The notes: generated by a model not told the origin, from the sequence alone. DNA of 64,000 nt from an uncultured virus (IMG/VR IMGVR_UViG_3300032038_000017) (IMGVR_UViG_3300032038_000017); one strand, 5' to 3'; shown: positions 39,896 through 50,261, counted from the first letter of the stretch. Translations and numbers: made by a program.

Positions 39896-40228
39896 TTATG
39901 CAGTTTTTTCAGACTTGTTTGCCATATACTTGAATTCGATGTGTTCTGCAACAACAAAGACCTTTGAAAACTCCTTGTCGCCTTCTGTCCATCTGTTCTG
40001 CTTTAAGCGACCAACAAGACGGATTTCACGACCAATCTTGCCTTTTTCTTCAAAGAGTCTTGCCAACTGTCCGTAAACTTCGGTATCAAAGTAAGAAACT
40101 TCTTCAACCATTTCGCCTTCTGCATTTTTGTAAAAACGCTTTACGGAAATTGTAGCATTGATTACATCGTCTACCTTTTCTATCTTTTCGATAGAACCTT
40201 CAAGAATGATAGAATTAAGTTGATTCAT
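39896..40228 (-). CDS. ssb: single-stranded DNA-binding protein (short, no acidic tail)
   Basis: MNQLNSIILEG..EVSYFD..GREIRLVGRLKQNRW..SKVFVVAEHIEFK OB-fold pattern. Confidence 0.9.
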   Translation of the reverse strand: MNQLNSIILEGSIEKIEKVDDVINATISVKRFYKNAEGEMVEEVSYFDTEVYGQLARLFEEKGKIGREIRLVGRLKQNRWTEGDKEFSKVFVVAEHIEFKYMANKSEKTA

Positions 40229-40329
40229 AGCTTTATCTCCTTATACCGTATTTATTATAACCTTACGGAATTGCTACCCTGCAACAAAGTAAAAAGGCAA
40301 CCAACTTTTTAGGTTGATTGCCTTCGTCT

Positions 40330-40902
40330 TTATTCTTCGTCAGAATCTTCTTCGTTTTCAAGCGACTCTTCGAATTCGTCAGAATCCATTTCGCCATCCC
40401 ACTTTTCAACGATTGCTTTTACCTTGTTAAAGCAAACTTCACAATAGTCATAGTACAATGACCAATTTGTACTGCCGTGAACAAACTTTACAAGTTTATC
40501 ACGGAAATCTTCGGACAAGTCAAGTTCTTCGCACCATTCTTCAAGTCCGTAAACGGCATCGGCAGACTCACCACATTCGTCACAAGTAAGTTCGTCAAAG
40601 TCAAGTTCTCTTTCAAGTTCTTCTGCATAGGTATCCCAACTGTCGCAAGTTGTAAGGTTTCCATAGCCGTCAATTTCGTAGTAATCGTCGCTCATGTTGT
40701 TAATTATATCACTGATACAACAAGCAACACCTTGCCAACCACCACTTTCAAGACGGTTACGAACAAACTCGTCCAAATCGTCATCGTTAGCAATAAGGTC
40801 GTCAAAAAGTTCTTCGTGACCTTCATCATTTGCAAGGTCTTTCAACGCACCAAAATCGTTACGATTTTTTGATTTCCATTCTTCCCATTCTTCTCTTGTC
40901 AT
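40330..40902 (-). CDS. very acidic hypothetical protein
   Basis: element and RBS; DDYYEIDGYGNL; two CxxC pairs. Confidence 0.85.
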   Translation of the reverse strand: MTREEWEEWKSKNRNDFGALKDLANDEGHEELFDDLIANDDDLDEFVRNRLESGGWQGVACCISDIINNMSDDYYEIDGYGNLTTCDSWDTYAEELERELDFDELTCDECGESADAVYGLEEWCEELDLSEDFRDKLVKFVHGSTNWSLYYDYCEVCFNKVKAIVEKWDGEMDSDEFEESLENEEDSDEE

Positions 40903-40967
40903 AGTATCTTATCTCCTTACGCTTATAACATTATAACCTTACGGAGTTTTTACCCCGTAAGAATTAT

Positions 40968-41228
40968 TTATGCTTTGTAAAATGCCTTTGTGTAAATACA
41001 GTCAGACGATTTTGCAAATTCATTGAATGGGTCGTTTGAACGATACCCACAACGGTCAAGGTAGTTTTCTGCCTCGATTTCGTTTTCAAAGCCACATACA
41101 ACCAACTGATTACGAACATTGTCGCTAGTAGTCAAAACCACCTTATGTGTTTTCAACATTTCCTTGCAGACCTTGTTAATTGTTACAAGTCGGTTTTTCT
41201 TTCCGAATTTTTTTACTACTGACTTCAT
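40968..41228 (-). CDS. hypothetical protein
   Basis: element and RBS. Confidence 0.75.
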   Translation of the reverse strand: MKSVVKKFGKKNRLVTINKVCKEMLKTHKVVLTTSDNVRNQLVVCGFENEIEAENYLDRCGYRSNDPFNEFAKSSDCIYTKAFYKA

Positions 41229-41385
41229 ATAAAGCCCCCTACACTACCTTAATTATAACCTTGTGAGACTTTTACCCTGTATGTGATTTTTTATAGGAAT
41301 TAACTATTATAATAGAAGGAAAATTTAAAATAAAAATTTAATAAAAAAAGATAAAAAAAGGTGGCAAAAAATGCCACCCTTGATT

Positions 41386-42072
41386 TTAGTTATTAGCCTT
41401 GTTATAAATGTCTTGGAAGTCTGACTTGTCAAACAAATGGTCAGATTTCAATTCGTGGTGTGTAGCGAAGTCTACACCGTTAGTAGCAAAACTGTGGTCT
41501 AATGCCGAAGGCTTTTTAGGATTAACTGTTGAAGTAGAATAAAGGTCATTTTTTGTGGCTGGTCTTGTGCCATTAAAAATGTCGTCTTTTTCGCCCTTGT
41601 AATTGTCGTTTGTAACTTCACCAACCCCTGTTCCTGGTCTGTGAACATGAACCGACCACTGTGTAAAATCACCTACAAGTTTCTTTCCGAAATCATAAAG
41701 TTCGTCAAAATCTACTTCTTCGATTTCACCGTCTTTAATCTTCATAGGGAATACCATAAATGATTTTTCACTTTCACCTTCAAATACACCCCAAACTTTC
41801 TTGAAACTGAAACCACTTTTTTCAAGTTCCTTTTTAAGTTCGTTTGTGCGTTGTCCGTTGTCCAAACCTTTTCCGTCACCGTGAATTACATCGGCAGAAT
41901 TGATGTATTGGTCAGTAAGATAGCGAACTGGCTCGCCGTTCTCGTCTGTTATTACATTGCCATTTTCATCTTCAAGTGTTTCTGTTGTAGAAATGCTTGC
42001 AGAGATAATAATGTAACCCAACTTATCCCATCTTGCAAGGTCATTTTTAATATTTTCTGTAAGTCTAATCAT
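41386..42072 (-). CDS. putative SAM lyase-like (T3 SAMase / DUF3293-type) protein
   Basis: IISA..N.QRTNELKKEL..SG..F..V.G...E.EKSFMV..F.Q.SV pattern; lacks the element. Confidence 0.5.
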   Translation of the reverse strand: MIRLTENIKNDLARWDKLGYIIISASISTTETLEDENGNVITDENGEPVRYLTDQYINSADVIHGDGKGLDNGQRTNELKKELEKSGFSFKKVWGVFEGESEKSFMVFPMKIKDGEIEEVDFDELYDFGKKLVGDFTQWSVHVHRPGTGVGEVTNDNYKGEKDDIFNGTRPATKNDLYSTSTVNPKKPSALDHSFATNGVDFATHHELKSDHLFDKSDFQDIYNKANN

Positions 42073-42123
42073 AAATAATTAGTAAAAAATAAACCCACAC
42101 ATTTCTGCGTGGGTCTTGTAATT

Positions 42124-42459
42124 TTACTTTTTTTGTCGTTCTTCGTGCCATTTTCGCCAAGTCATAGGCTCTTCCGAAGTGATTGTCTTTGGTTCGTCAA
42201 TCAGAACAACTTCGATTTTGTTTTCATAAGCAGAAATGTCTGACACCCCAAACTGTGTAAGAATGTTTACCATATCGTCATTCAATACAGTAAAGTTCTT
42301 TTCATAGTTCTCACGGCTTTCATAGTCTTTAACAAAAGAACATTCACGCTTTACTGCCATAATTGCGTGTTTCTTTACTTCACCAACTGTAAGTCCTTTG
42401 ATAGAACCGTTTAACTTGTTACCATTGTAAATGGTAAAGTTTTCTGCAACTCTAAACAT
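42124..42459 (-). CDS. hypothetical protein
   Basis: GAGGAG RBS. Confidence 0.8.
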   Translation of the reverse strand: MFRVAENFTIYNGNKLNGSIKGLTVGEVKKHAIMAVKRECSFVKDYESRENYEKNFTVLNDDMVNILTQFGVSDISAYENKIEVVLIDEPKTITSEEPMTWRKWHEERQKK

Positions 42460-42621
42460 ACTAATTTCTCCTCTTTTAGCACTTTGTTTTAAGGTGGCAA
42501 GTTAAGGAACTAAATCACCTTTTTATCTATTCATATATTATAACCATACAAATAATTTACCCTGTAAGATTATTAATATATTAAAGAAGGTGGCTAACAT
42601 TTAATTAGCCACCTTCTTATT

Positions 42622-42924
42622 TTAATAGCACTTTACACGAACCTTTGTCTTACGCAAATCACGATTTGAAATCTTTGCGATTACGCTTGACATTTTGTTT
42701 GGGTCTACATTGACAGTGATAACTTCGCCATCGTTGAAGTTAAGTTTCAGTGTTTCATTGTTTACCTTCTTGTAGCCGATGTAGCCTGAAAGGTCAACTT
42801 CCTGGTGAACCTCACCGTCATCCATTTCGCCTTCGTCATACTCTACACCATACTGGTCGTAGTAGTCTTTAAGATTGAAGTCGTCTGTCTTAATCTCATT
42901 CTTTTCTTTGAACTGTAATACCAT
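42622..42924 (-). CDS. hypothetical protein
   Basis: element and RBS. Confidence 0.8.
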   Translation of the reverse strand: MVLQFKEKNEIKTDDFNLKDYYDQYGVEYDEGEMDDGEVHQEVDLSGYIGYKKVNNETLKLNFNDGEVITVNVDPNKMSSVIAKISNRDLRKTKVRVKCY

Positions 42925-43008
42925 AGCTTTATCTCCTTATGCTACATAAATTATAACCTTTGCTATTTTTTACCCTGCAAGCTGCTAGGGGCTTTCGCCC
43001 CTACAAGA

Positions 43009-43392
43009 TTACATTCTGTCGAACAAGTCGTTCATTTCTGATTCCAACTCGTCATAAGAACAGTAACGGTTTGCACCACCACTGTAATCTTTTTCGCTTG
43101 ACGCAGTTCTGTAAAGAACATTGTCATACCAATTACCATTGTAGCGAACGTCACCGACATGAACATAAATGAACTTGTCTGACTTCTTGAAGAACGCAGA
43201 ATATTCAAAGTAGTTTCCACTGAAAGTCAATTCTGCACCAAGTTTCTTTGCAAGGCTTCTGAATTCCTTCTTTGCGATTGGAAGGAACTCGTGTTTGAAG
43301 AAGTTTGCGTGTGGGTAGTCGCCATAGTATTTTGGGTCTACATTGCAATTCTCAAAGTCATAGTCCTTGAAAGATTTAACTGTCTTTGCCAT
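43009..43392 (-). CDS. phage hypothetical protein (LYRTA..KDYSGG.N type)
   Basis: element and RBS. Confidence 0.85.
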   Translation of the reverse strand: MAKTVKSFKDYDFENCNVDPKYYGDYPHANFFKHEFLPIAKKEFRSLAKKLGAELTFSGNYFEYSAFFKKSDKFIYVHVGDVRYNGNWYDNVLYRTASSEKDYSGGANRYCSYDELESEMNDLFDRM

Positions 43393-43453
43393 AGTGTTTT
43401 ATCTCCTTACACTTTCAAGATTATAACCTTGGGGTATTTCTACCCCGTAAGGT

Positions 43454-43735
43454 TTAACCTCTCATTCCTTTACCCATCTGCAAGCCAAGACACATTCCAC
43501 TCTGAAAACCAGCGTCGTAGAAGTTAAACAGACTGTCAATGTCGTCTTGTTCCATATCTACAAAGATTTTCTTGTTACCTTCTACCAACTTTATCCAATC
43601 GTTCCAACAAGGTGAAGTATTGATTGTTCCCTTGTGTGTAATAGGGTCGATAGGCTTGTTGTAACGAGTTCTGTCCATAGCATAGTCAAAACCGTTGTCG
43701 TAAGTTTTTCCGTTGTCACCTTTGTATGTTTCCAT
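43454..43735 (-). CDS. hypothetical protein
   Basis: element and RBS. Confidence 0.8.
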   Translation of the reverse strand: METYKGDNGKTYDNGFDYAMDRTRYNKPIDPITHKGTINTSPCWNDWIKLVEGNKKIFVDMEQDDIDSLFNFYDAGFQSGMCLGLQMGKGMRG

Positions 43736-43830
43736 AGTTTTATCTCCTTATACTAAACAGATTATAACCTTGCCGGATTTTTACCCTGCAAGAAATAATA
43801 AAGGCTAGGTTTTTAGCCTAGCCTTTTATC

Positions 43831-44259
43831 TTATCTGCCCCAATTAAAATCAAAATGGTCTGTGCAACTGTATTCGACTTCCCTTTGTGGTTTGTGCTTT
43901 ACGATTGCTTTATCCCATACAATCTGTTGTTCTTCGCTTAGGTCGTTGCCACAAGCAAAGTATTCGTCAATGTCGTCATCTTCGATTTTACCACAACTAC
44001 GATTGATTACGCTTGTCTGTGCAAACATCCAAGCCAAATCCGTTTCGTATGACCATTCAGTAGGTCTTTGATAGTCCTTATGGGTTCTAATGTAGTCGTT
44101 GTAGCGTTTTTCGTGCCATTCTTCGACACTTCTACCCCAACTATCCATAAAGTCGTCATCACGACTTCGCCAACAGATAATGTCCGACAAGATTTCGTCA
44201 AGGGTTAAAAGTTCTTCCCCATTCAGTCCGTCTGTGTTACAAGAATACCTATCCCTCAT
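43831..44259 (-). CDS. hypothetical protein
   Basis: RBS; overlaps upstream ORF. Confidence 0.8.
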   Translation of the reverse strand: MRDRYSCNTDGLNGEELLTLDEILSDIICWRSRDDDFMDSWGRSVEEWHEKRYNDYIRTHKDYQRPTEWSYETDLAWMFAQTSVINRSCGKIEDDDIDEYFACGNDLSEEQQIVWDKAIVKHKPQREVEYSCTDHFDFNWGR

Positions 44260-44467
44260 AAGTACCTACCTTGTCGCCATATTCATAGCCCATAATACCG
44301 TGTTCAACATTACGAGCATCGTCAAATGGACTGTTTGCAACAATTTCTGCAACGGATATCGGCAGACCATCTTTTGGGTCTGTCCTAGCATGAATCCTTA
44401 CACCGTACTGCTTACAGAGTTTGTCAAGTTTAGCAACAAATCTGTCAAGTTTTACACTGTCTTTCAT
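44249..44467 (-). CDS. hypothetical protein
   Basis: element and RBS. Confidence 0.78.
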   Translation of the reverse strand: MKDSVKLDRFVAKLDKLCKQYGVRIHARTDPKDGLPISVAEIVANSPFDDARNVEHGIMGYEYGDKVGTYEG

Positions 44468-44707
44468 AGTTTAATCTCCTTTTCATTTAAAGATTATAAC
44501 CTTATAAGTTTATTACCCTGATTAAATTTCTCTATATATAAATTTTGAGTTCAAATCTAAATTTAGAAAATTCAAATCTTAAAAATTCCTACCTACCCCT
44601 CATTATATGTATAACTGAAATTCTAAAAAAATTCACCTTTTTAAATAAAAATTTACAAAAAAATAATAAAAAAATCCCCTAGAAAAACTAGGGGTTGGAA
44701 ACAACTT

Positions 44708-45364
44708 CTATCTGTAACGATAGAACTTCTTTGTATCTTTGTCAAGGGTAAAACTGTTTTTCTTTCCCTTTACGGCAATACGGAAGTAAACTTCGTGTCC
44801 ACGGCTTTCATAATGTCCAACTTCAACAAGGTCAAGGTCAGACATTTTTGTTGTCTTAAAGCCTTGAAACTTCTTTATGACTTCAAGAACTTTTGGTGTA
44901 GCCTTGAAAGTGTGTGCTTTCTGAAGATAGCGACTGTCATGGCGACTGTAATGCTTTTTGTTGCAATCACTAAGGAAGTTCAAGTCAGTTGTGTAAGTTG
45001 TCCACGGATTCATTTCATAGACATTTCGCTTACGGTCAAGCAGATAGAATCTCTGCTCATTGATTTTGTTTCCTTTTCCGTTCCAAAGGGTACTACCGAA
45101 TTCCGAAGTATTGAACTCTTCTTCGATAATGGTAAGGAAGTCAAAACTGTCGAAACTGTCAAGGTCACGGTTGTATTCATGTCCACGGTCAATGTAGATT
45201 CTGCGAACAGTCTTGCCACCGTCTTTTGTCAAATCCATTCTGCCGTATTCACCTTGCGTTCCAGGCATTGTACGAGGGTTCATAACATAACCCATCTGCA
45301 AAAGTTCTGAAAGGCGATTAGTGTAAATCTTGCTAATCTCGTTAAGTTTGATGATGTTTTCCAT
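44708..45364 (-). CDS. hypothetical protein
   Basis: element and RBS. Confidence 0.88.
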   Translation of the reverse strand: MENIIKLNEISKIYTNRLSELLQMGYVMNPRTMPGTQGEYGRMDLTKDGGKTVRRIYIDRGHEYNRDLDSFDSFDFLTIIEEEFNTSEFGSTLWNGKGNKINEQRFYLLDRKRNVYEMNPWTTYTTDLNFLSDCNKKHYSRHDSRYLQKAHTFKATPKVLEVIKKFQGFKTTKMSDLDLVEVGHYESRGHEVYFRIAVKGKKNSFTLDKDTKKFYRYR

Positions 45365-45434
45365 AGTGTTATCTCCTTATATCTTTTAGATTATAACCTT
45401 GTCGGATGTTTACCCTGACAAGGTTATTGATTTC

Positions 45435-45725
45435 TTAAAACATTTGGTAGATTACATAATCCAAGTCTTCTATCATCTGTTGTGAATCTGTATAGAACAT
45501 TTTGATTATCCCTTCCAAATAAGTACAGAACGAATCCTTTTCGTCTGTGCAATGACAGTCTGACAGAATACCTTCCAACAAAGACAATGCGTTTTCAAGG
45601 TCACGGTTTTCAAGATAGCCGAAAGATTTCTTGACAAGAACAAGTTCTCGGTCTGAAAGAATCGGAAGATAACCGTAGCCGTTTGGCTCGTCAGTCTTTT
45701 CTGACATAAGATATTTGTATTCCAT
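45435..45725 (-). CDS. hypothetical protein
   Basis: RBS. Confidence 0.78.
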   Translation of the reverse strand: MEYKYLMSEKTDEPNGYGYLPILSDRELVLVKKSFGYLENRDLENALSLLEGILSDCHCTDEKDSFCTYLEGIIKMFYTDSQQMIEDLDYVIYQMF

Positions 45726-45737
45726 ACGCTGCCTACC

Positions 45738-46208
45738 TTATGCCACAATGCTAGGAACGAACTTGTCAAAGTCGATTTTAGCAACCAATTCGTCTGCAAG
45801 TTTCTGAGCAGATTCAATGTCGCTTACCTTGCCGTTAGCCTTGACCCATTCTTCTGCAACTTCGTCTGCGATAGTAGCACGGATGTCCATAAGAATTGAA
45901 TGATACATTCCTTTGTATTCTTCGCGGTCACATTCGTCTTCTGTTTCCTTGAACTTTCCGTAATCCAAGTTTTCGTCAAGCATACGGAACATTGTGTCAA
46001 GTTTCCAAGTTGTTTGGTAGTCTTGATTCTCGTATTCACCGATTGGGAAATTATCTTCCTCGTCAATCTCACCCCAACCATTGTCCTCATAAGAGTCGTT
46101 TTTGGTAGCGGCAAAATCTTGGCAACAAATCAAAGAGGTAAGACCACTTTGGTTTACTTCCTTTTCCAACTTTTCCCAAGACTTAATTAAATCATTTTTC
46201 TGAATCAT
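45738..46208 (-). CDS. acidic hypothetical protein
   Basis: element and RBS. Confidence 0.85.
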   Translation of the reverse strand: MIQKNDLIKSWEKLEKEVNQSGLTSLICCQDFAATKNDSYEDNGWGEIDEEDNFPIGEYENQDYQTTWKLDTMFRMLDENLDYGKFKETEDECDREEYKGMYHSILMDIRATIADEVAEEWVKANGKVSDIESAQKLADELVAKIDFDKFVPSIVA

Positions 46209-46282
46209 AGTGTTTAATCCTCTTCTTGTACCTTATAAATTATAACCTTGCAAAGGTCTTACCCCGTGCAAGGCTACAAATC

Positions 46283-46804
46283 TTAGTATGTGTTATCCCT
46301 TAGAATATCTTCGTCAGAATCAAAGCAAATAATAAATTCGCTTACGATTTTATCAATGCAGTTGTCAATGCCGATACGCTTTTCGTTAAGGTCTACAAAT
46401 GCAAGTCCTTTATTGCAGAACTTTTCCTCTGCTTTATCATAAGCACGGCGGACACGGTTCTGAATTGTAAAAAGGTCAGACTTCACAACCAGACATCTTG
46501 TGTCATCAATACCTTTTTCAACGATTTCGTCAAGATAGAAATTCAATTCGTCTACCACTTTGTAGAATTCCTTTTTGTAGGCTTCCATAAACGAGTCTAC
46601 ATCAACATCGTTGGTTTCCTTTGCAATGTAGTCGCAGTAGTCCATAAAACGAACACGCAGGTTGTTAAGCAAATCCACTACAGTTTTAGTTTTTGTGATA
46701 GCGTCAAACTTTCTTTTGAAGATAGCCAACTTATCTTCATCAGATACCTTGTTGCTTGTCAAGTCTGTATATTCAGACTGTGTAAATTCAAACTCAATTT
46801 TCAT
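46283..46804 (-). CDS. hypothetical protein
   Basis: element and RBS. Confidence 0.85.
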   Translation of the reverse strand: MKIEFEFTQSEYTDLTSNKVSDEDKLAIFKRKFDAITKTKTVVDLLNNLRVRFMDYCDYIAKETNDVDVDSFMEAYKKEFYKVVDELNFYLDEIVEKGIDDTRCLVVKSDLFTIQNRVRRAYDKAEEKFCNKGLAFVDLNEKRIGIDNCIDKIVSEFIICFDSDEDILRDNTY

Positions 46805-46898
46805 AGTGTTTATCTCCTTATGCCTTAAAGATTATAACCTTTCTCTAATCTTACCCCGTAGACAATAAAAAAGGGTCTTTTTGCAAGACCCTTAACCA

Positions 46899-47165
46899 TT
46901 ACAGAATTCCTAATTCAGAAAGTGTGGACTCAACTTCGCCATAAAATTCTTCCGTAGTAGGAAGTGATTCAAAGTAGCCAATGTTCTTTTTTACAGTTGA
47001 GAACAAAGCATCTCGTTGTTCTTCCGACAGTTTTTCCCAAGCCTTTTCGTCATTCAACTTTTCGTTCACGGCTGTAATAAGGTCTGCCTTACCAAAGATT
47101 GCATAATCCATTACATCTTCGATAACATCAGTTCTTCCGTTTTCCCAATCCAATGTGATTTTCAT
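46899..47165 (-). CDS. hypothetical protein
   Basis: element and RBS. Confidence 0.8.
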   Translation of the reverse strand: MKITLDWENGRTDVIEDVMDYAIFGKADLITAVNEKLNDEKAWEKLSEEQRDALFSTVKKNIGYFESLPTTEEFYGEVESTLSELGIL

Positions 47166-47232
47166 AGTATTATCTCCTTACAAGTTTTTTATTATAACCT
47201 CGCAAGGTTGTTACCCTGCAAGGCTTTCGGAA

Positions 47233-47568
47233 TTAACATTCGTAGTCGAACTCACGGATTCCTCCGTGTTCGTCTATGATTGTGTTAATCTTTTGGTCAA
47301 TAGTTGCGTCTTTTGTCCAACCGTCACCACCAACACCATTGAATACATTTGTGTATTCGTAATCATCAATGGCAGCATAAACCATTTCACAAACATTCTC
47401 AAGACTTGTATTTAACATAATGACTTGATTGTTTGGTCTTTCAGAGCGTTTCAAGATTGAATAAGCAATCCAATCCATATCACACCATTCAGACTTTGGC
47501 ATTTTCTCGTATTCCTTTACGGAATTAAAAGGAGTCCACTGACCCCAAGTGTTTACTGTCTTTGACAT
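47233..47568 (-). CDS. hypothetical protein
   Basis: element and RBS. Confidence 0.8.
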   Translation of the reverse strand: MSKTVNTWGQWTPFNSVKEYEKMPKSEWCDMDWIAYSILKRSERPNNQVIMLNTSLENVCEMVYAAIDDYEYTNVFNGVGGDGWTKDATIDQKINTIIDEHGGIREFDYEC

Positions 47569-47635
47569 TGTTGTATCTCCTTATACCATATAAATTATAA
47601 CCTTGCCAAAGTTCTACCCTGACAAGGTTTTAACT

Positions 47636-47986
47636 TTACGCTACTTTATCTGCTACAAAATAGCAAGTGTCAAGTATTGCAGAATACATTGACTGTGCCA
47701 CATCCACACCGTTTACGATAGGATTGTCAAAGTCTATCAATTCTTGTTCCTTCCAAGAATTGTCAAGAGTCCAATCCGAATCGAACTTACCTTCAATGTC
47801 CGTGTCAAACACTTCGTTTGCTACTTGACGAATCTGCTCGTCTGTCAGTGGCTTGTAACCATCTTCTTCCAACATTTCGTCAAAAGATTCACGATTGTCA
47901 AACAGATAATCAAGCATTGACTTATACTCATAAGTTCTGCCATAGTCTGCTCGGCTTGTGTTTTTTACTGTCAGTGAAATAGTCAT
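47636..47986 (-). CDS. acidic hypothetical protein
   Basis: element and RBS. Confidence 0.8.
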   Translation of the reverse strand: MTISLTVKNTSRADYGRTYEYKSMLDYLFDNRESFDEMLEEDGYKPLTDEQIRQVANEVFDTDIEGKFDSDWTLDNSWKEQELIDFDNPIVNGVDVAQSMYSAILDTCYFVADKVA

Positions 47987-48053
47987 AGTTTTATCTCCTT
48001 ATCTGTTTAAAAAATTATAACCTTGCAAGGCTTTTACCCTGCAAGGTTTTGCA

Positions 48054-48668
48054 TTATTCGGCAGCCATACCAATTACATAGTATTTGTGGATTTCACGAA
48101 CCACTGAACCACTTTTTACAGTCTTTGGCTTAGACTTTGACTTCTTTACGACAAGGGTAAACTTTGCCTTATCTTCTGAACCACTGACAAGAACTTTTGT
48201 CTTTTCCCACCAAGCGTCATTTCCACTGTTGATAGTGTACTTTTTTGCTTTACTGTCGGCAAGTGTCTGTGTGCTTTCAACACCAATTTCCTTTTTACGC
48301 ATATCGTTATCATAGCCATAGATAACAAAGCGTGTCTGATAAATCGGCTTTTTGACATTTGTAGCCTTTGCCTTTTTTACAGACCAAGTTTCATAGCCAA
48401 CTACTCCCAAGTCGAAAACTTCGCTAGACCATTTGCTCATTGCGTCAAATCTGTCATCGACCATTTTCTGATACTTTTTCATTGTCTGAAACTTTTTAAA
48501 GTTTGACTCAGTGCATTTGTCGAAAACCTTATGCACCTTGCGAATACTTGCACAAGTGTTCCAATCACCACTGTAACTGTCGTCACTGTGCGACCAAGAA
48601 TTGATTTCTGAAGAAGTCATAAACTCCTTAGCCAAACTTACACATCTACTGATACCACAAGCACCCAT
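48054..48668 (-). CDS. hypothetical protein
   Basis: element and RBS. Confidence 0.88.
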   Translation of the reverse strand: MGACGISRCVSLAKEFMTSSEINSWSHSDDSYSGDWNTCASIRKVHKVFDKCTESNFKKFQTMKKYQKMVDDRFDAMSKWSSEVFDLGVVGYETWSVKKAKATNVKKPIYQTRFVIYGYDNDMRKKEIGVESTQTLADSKAKKYTINSGNDAWWEKTKVLVSGSEDKAKFTLVVKKSKSKPKTVKSGSVVREIHKYYVIGMAAE

Positions 48669-48736
48669 AGTTTTATCTCCTTATGCTTTATTTATTATAA
48701 CCTTACAAGGTGTTTACCCCGTAAGGCTTATTGTCC

Positions 48737-48955
48737 TTAGTATCTTACTACCTTGAACTTTGTGTAGACAGACGAACCAGCAAAATCATAGCCGTCCTCT
48801 TCCAACTTTGTTTTGAAAGCGTCTGCCTCTTTTTTGGTGTAGAACTTTGTAGCGTATTCCTTTTTTGTTGTTGTATCGTTCAACAAGTTCAACCAATGTG
48901 GACTTGAAGAAGATACATACTCTCTGTGACCATCGTTAATGCGAATTACAAACAT
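48737..48955 (-). CDS. hypothetical protein
   Basis: GGGAG RBS. Confidence 0.75.
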   Translation of the reverse strand: MFVIRINDGHREYVSSSSPHWLNLLNDTTTKKEYATKFYTKKEADAFKTKLEEDGYDFAGSSVYTKFKVVRY

Positions 48956-48958
48956 AAC

Positions 48959-49210
48959 TTAGATTCTCCCTACTTCTTCTTCATAACCTTTACAAGCACC
49001 CATAACAAAGTTATAAAGTTTTGTAAAGTCAGTTCCTTTTTCGCTTATAACAAACGAAGGAACTAAGCACAACAAATCGTCATCGATAGTCCACAGATAA
49101 AACCTTTTGTCCTTGTCATCTGACCGTTTTCTGCGAACTTCGTATTCCCAACCATTATCACTTACAAAATGAAGTGTAAGGTTAAGCAGAAAAATGTCTT
49201 TTTTGTCCAT
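48959..49210 (-). CDS. hypothetical protein
   Basis: element and RBS. Confidence 0.78.
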   Translation of the reverse strand: MDKKDIFLLNLTLHFVSDNGWEYEVRRKRSDDKDKRFYLWTIDDDLLCLVPSFVISEKGTDFTKLYNFVMGACKGYEEEVGRI

Positions 49211-49264
49211 TACAAGTTCCTCCTTATGCCTTATAGATTATAACCCTACAAGGTTTCTACCCTG

Positions 49265-49513
49265 TTACCAAGAAACTTTTATTGCCCCTGTAGGACAACC
49301 AAAGCAATCCAAACACCACTTCCATTTATAGCCGTTCTTTTCCAAATTGGAATAAAGCCAACCATTTCTTTCAGAGGGGTCGTCAAAGTAACTGTCAAAA
49401 TAGTGAATTGTAACACTTTTTTCGCCTTTTGCATTTGCGGATTTTATAGCCTTTGTAACAATTTCGTCTGCCTTGATAGCACCTTTGGAACCCAAAGAAC
49501 TTGCACTTATCAT
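49265..49513 (-). CDS. hypothetical protein
   Basis: start after element and RBS. Confidence 0.78.
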   Translation of the reverse strand: MISASSLGSKGAIKADEIVTKAIKSANAKGEKSVTIHYFDSYFDDPSERNGWLYSNLEKNGYKWKWCLDCFGCPTGAIKVSW

Positions 49514-49584
49514 AATTGTTTTCTCCTTACGCTTTAAAAAATTATAACCTTGTTCAAGTTTTACCCTGGACAAGGTTAATTCCC

Positions 49585-49899
49585 CTAGAACGCTATTTTA
49601 GGACTTGCAATACCACAACATTCTGCACACTTTGAAATGTTATATTTTCCGTGCAACCACAAGTTGTAGATTTCACCATAATCACCTTTTGCGTACAATT
49701 CAGAAAGCGCAGAAAAAATTCTTTCACGAACGATAGAATCACCTACACCAATCAAATCGTAAACATCACGACCCTTTCTCATTCCTTGCATTAACTTTGA
49801 GAAAGTAATTTCGCCATCGAGTTCCTTTCCCAATTCATCGTCTTTGTAACTTTCTGCCGTTGTATACCAATCACGGATTTTTGTTTTCTTTGTAACCAT
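49585..49899 (-). CDS. hypothetical protein
   Basis: element and RBS. Confidence 0.8.
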   Translation of the reverse strand: MVTKKTKIRDWYTTAESYKDDELGKELDGEITFSKLMQGMRKGRDVYDLIGVGDSIVRERIFSALSELYAKGDYGEIYNLWLHGKYNISKCAECCGIASPKIAF

Positions 49900-50006
49900 A
49901 GTAGTTTTCTCCTTATGCCATTATAATTATAACCTTGCCAGACCTTTACCCTGTAAATAAAAAAATCCTACCGAATCTTGTAAAAGTTCAGTAGGATTTT
50001 CAATTC

Positions 50007-50261
50007 TTAGTAATGGTAAATTTCCTTTAAGGGTCCTTTACTTTTCTTTGACTGACCATAATGTGTGACATGGTAAAAGCCACAGTCATTACAGTAGTAT
50101 GCCCTTTTAGGCTTGTCGTTTCCTCTTCCAATGTGCGAAGAAGTTCTGTGTCCTTTTAGTCTAGCAAGTTGCTCGCCAGCCTCACGCTTAGTCAAGCACT
50201 GTTTGCCACAAGTGCAATACTTGATTTTAGACTGACCAAAATCTCCAATAAAATCTTTCAT
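50007..50261 (-). CDS. small Cys/His putative zinc-binding protein
   Basis: CGK..EA..RAYYCNDCGFYHVT. Confidence 0.78.
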   Translation of the reverse strand: MKDFIGDFGQSKIKYCTCGKQCLTKREAGEQLARLKGHRTSSHIGRGNDKPKRAYYCNDCGFYHVTHYGQSKKSKGPLKEIYHY

